From the human T2T-CHM13v2.0 reference genome, Homo sapiens: a stretch of DNA of 64,000 nt. Of this stretch, positions 60,901 to 64,000 are shown piece by piece. The DNA lies in the NCBI RefSeq assembly GCF_009914755.1, contig NC_060936.1; one strand, 5' to 3'. The notes under the pieces are model-generated. The model ran no database searches. It was not told the origin of the DNA and worked only from the letters and a program-made list of their open reading frames with translations. Every line of letters starts with the position of its first letter. Position 1 is the stretch's first letter. The position numbers and the translations under genes are program-made.

Positions 60901-62379
60901 GTGTTGCTTGTGCTTCCCAAAGCTGCTACTGTAGGTGGCACCACTGGGGGTAATAGCAATGATTTGAGGTGGCATATGGATGAACATAGTTACTTGTTTT
61001 CGTTACTATTAAGAAAATCTGTTCCATTAAGTAAGCAGTTTCACAATGATAGAGTTTCCTTTTAAAATAAATATATTTAAATGCAAAAATCTAGTCAAGA
61101 TAGAGACGCGGTTACTAAATTATAGTAAAGGTAAGGAGGGAGACGTAGAAATAGTCATGAAGAGTGGCACTCAAACGACTTAAGTTTGGGAAATCTTAGA
61201 TGGTTGTCCTGCTACCTTAACTGTGAAGAAACTGGACAAGTTGTCCTTGTCCCCAGTGGGTGTCTCAGCACCCATGGTCACCAGCCCAGTCAGGGACTTT
61301 GCTCTTCTTACCTGCCAACGGATAATGAGTTAATCTCAGTGGTTCCCACTTGAGGAGGCTCCCTGCCGTGGTCCTTTTCCTCTCTTCTCTAGGGATTTCA
61401 TGCATCACCCTGACAGCCAGTGGAAGTTGCCTGATTTGAAGAGGCCCAGGGCCGAAGATACCCAGTCATGTGTGGAAGCAGCTTCAATGCCATTTTGTGA
61501 GAGGTTGAGGGCCCCAGAGGGGGAAGCACAGGTATTAAAACAAAACAGACCAGCAAGTGTGGGAGGAGTGCTTTCAAATGTGAAAAGTGCCAGGAATCCT
61601 TCTCCCTGATGCTGTAATGCCACGTGTAACGTGAACATCTGCTTTGTGGACAGTGACTGGCTTGTTGGCTTTTATCTAGCTCTTTGTTGGTTCTAACTTG
61701 ATGAAGACCAGTATTGTCTAGATGAATGGTATGGGCCCCTATCCCTCTGCTCTATGGTTTTTGCTTTGCTGTGGATGAATAACTTTAGTGCTGCTATTTA
61801 AGACTGATTCTAAAGCAGCATTTTGCAGAAGATGGAAATTTTTCACATCATCTGCAATTTTTTTCTTTAGAGCCCAGACTTAGTCCTCTGACTCCCTTCC
61901 CTTTACTACACATATGTGAAGGCTTGTCCTTGCAGCTGACCTCGATCTAGTGTTGAAGGATGGTACACACTAGAAGTTTCTTGAAATTTCTTTTTTGCGT
62001 GAGCTAACCTTAACTGGATGGGTTCAATTCCTCAAGGCCCTGCTGGGTAATCTGAATATTTCACTCCAAAATGTTTATGACTGTAAGCAGTTAACCTTTT
62101 TGCTAATACGTGGGGTCTAACTAGGGATTTTGCGGTGCATAAAGAATGGCTCCCTCCTAGAGGATTTTCTGTCACTGTAGCGGGGTGGTGAAGAATTGTT
62201 TTGGGTGACGTACTCCTTCAGTGATGCCCTTCACAGAATAGCACTTGAGCAGCCATACCAGGATAAGATCAGCTTGCTACCACATGTGCAAGTGTCCACA
62301 GGGTGATGGGTAGATGGATTTGGCAGAGTGGGAGTGGAAAGAATGAGCAGCACACCAAATTTTCTCCAGCCAAACTGGA

Positions 62380-62650
62380 GTGGTAGAGAGCATGGGTTTT
62401 AGGGATCCGCTTCCTGGATTTGAGTTGTGCCTCTACACTGCTGTGAACCCTTGGGCAAGTAACGCAACCTCTCTGGGCCTCAGGATCTTATTATAAAATG
62501 GGGATAATACTGATACATTAGCTAACAAGGTTATAATAAGGATTCAAGGAGATAAAATATATAAAGAACTTATCATAGAACAGTTATTGAGTGCTTATTA
62601 CTACCTCAATAATAAGCACTCAATTACTGTTAGCTGTAATTGTTGTTATT
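62380..62650 (+). mobile_element. MIR
   Basis: CCTTGGGCAAGT..AACCTCTCTGGGCCTCAG...TAAAATGGGGATAATA. Confidence 0.7.
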
Positions 62651-63524
62651 TGCTACACGTGAGTTTCTTTAACCTCCTGGAACTGTGGGTCTTTGCTAGT
62701 TTGAATTTTTGGTGCCTTGCAAATGCACTGAAGTAGGCACTGGGAATTGGAGAGGAGAGTCATCGCTTCCACCAGCAGCTTAAAATCTAGTGGGAGACAG
62801 ATATGCACACAAGTGTAGTACTGTAAGTGACTGCGTAATGGGAATATGAGTAATGTGAGTGAGGCAGAAAAGAAGGAAAACTCAAGGTGTCTTATGAATA
62901 GGAGTGTGGCGTAATTAGTTCATGCAGCTGTACTCACTGAGCTCCTGCTCTAGCCCTAGCGGTGTTCTAAGCTCTAGCTGGCTCATTAGATGCAGTGAGT
63001 GTAGCAATCAGGGAAGGTTACCTCGTAGTTGGTGACATTAAATTTCAAATCTGAATGACAATAGGGAGCCAACCACAAGGAGATCAGGGAGAGGAACATT
63101 TCAGGGGCAGAGAACAGCAGGTATGAGTGCCCCGAAATAGGAAGTTTGGCATGTCTGAGGAACGCAAAGAAGATCATGAAGGGTTAGTGGGAGAACACTG
63201 CAGAATAAGGTGGGCAGAGTTAAGATCACAGAGGGTTGTAAACCATGGCCCAGTGACTTAGGAAAAGGGAACCCACCTAGGGATGAACTCTTAAAAAGGA
63301 TTATCTATTTTGCCTTTTCTGGAGGGCTCTGGCCTATTTCCTGTTTTATTCTTTAGGCACTGTTCAAGAAGGACATCAGGACAAGTTTGACTGTCTAGAA
63401 GAGTTCTTGTAATAGAGTGGTATTTAAGCTATCACAGCAGTGGGCACAATCAGAATTTCAAAACTGCAAGAGGTTGGACTGTTCTGAATTTGAATCTTGA
63501 AGTTTCAGTTCAGCCTGTCATCTT

Positions 63525-64000
63525 CTCTTTTAACCTTCTATTTGGAAATACTTTCAAACTTACAGATAAAGTCGTGAGAATAGTATAAGGAATACCATGT
63601 TGTCTACCTTTTTCTCAGATTCACCTATTAACATTTTGCTCTATGTGCTTTATTATTTTTTCTCTCTTGCATTTGAATCATTTGAGAAAAAGTTGTATAT
63701 GTCATGGCCCTTTATTCCTAAATACAAAACCACAGTACATTTCAACTTCAGTATATTTAACATTGGATAACAGACAGTAGATTCAAATATTGTTAACAGT
63801 GCTATTGATTGACTGATACTGTCCTTTACAGCATTTTTGCTTCAGTATAGGATCCACTCTAGGATCACCTATTGCACTCAGTTATCAAGTGTTTTTTTTT
63901 CATTTGGAACATATTCTCAACCTTTCTTTGTTTTTTATGACATTACATTTTCGGAACTTGTAACTTCTTTTAATAAGAATAAAATAATAGTTGACATCCG
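63525..64000 (-). mobile_element. Old L1 (L1MC-type) 3' fragment
   Basis: TTTCAAACTTACAGA...AGAATAGTATAAGGAA...CAGATTCACCTATTAACATTTTG. Confidence 0.55.

Noticed and set aside
59331-60987. ORFs of 157-247 aa with PAQPPLSPRSA repeats in the distal CpG island
   Set aside because: They are products of the 11-bp VNTR and high GC, open in all frames, with no TCP11-family similarity.

Overview
Human genomic DNA; a human-specific AluYb8 insertion is present. The window holds coding exon 1 and the CpG-island promoter of CKAP4 (CLIMP-63/p63) on the minus strand (CDS 4840->4361, then intron 1 running off the left edge). About 54 kb of repeat-rich intergenic DNA follows: ~28 Alus, a full-length decayed L1MA-type LINE with its TSD still visible, MaLR and ERV1 solo LTRs, Tigger/hAT fossils, and MIR/L2 remnants. 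A second CpG island at ~59.2-60.9 kb is, by recalled synteny, the TCP11L2 promoter, and carries an 11-bp GC-rich VNTR. Only one real protein-coding segment is supported; I found no prokaryote-style system or CRISPR array and cannot claim a new gene. The most unusual signal is a set of fossil template-switch events. Three non-tandem local copies (86, ~400 and 60 bp, ~90-93% identical to donors 0.7-3 kb away) are pasted into older repeats without TSD or polyA, and there are several fold-back hairpins, one with 41-bp arms. Also notable: the CKAP4 allele appears one proline shorter than the canonical protein as I recall it. Repeat subfamily names come from memory of consensus sequences and need RepeatMasker/Dfam confirmation.
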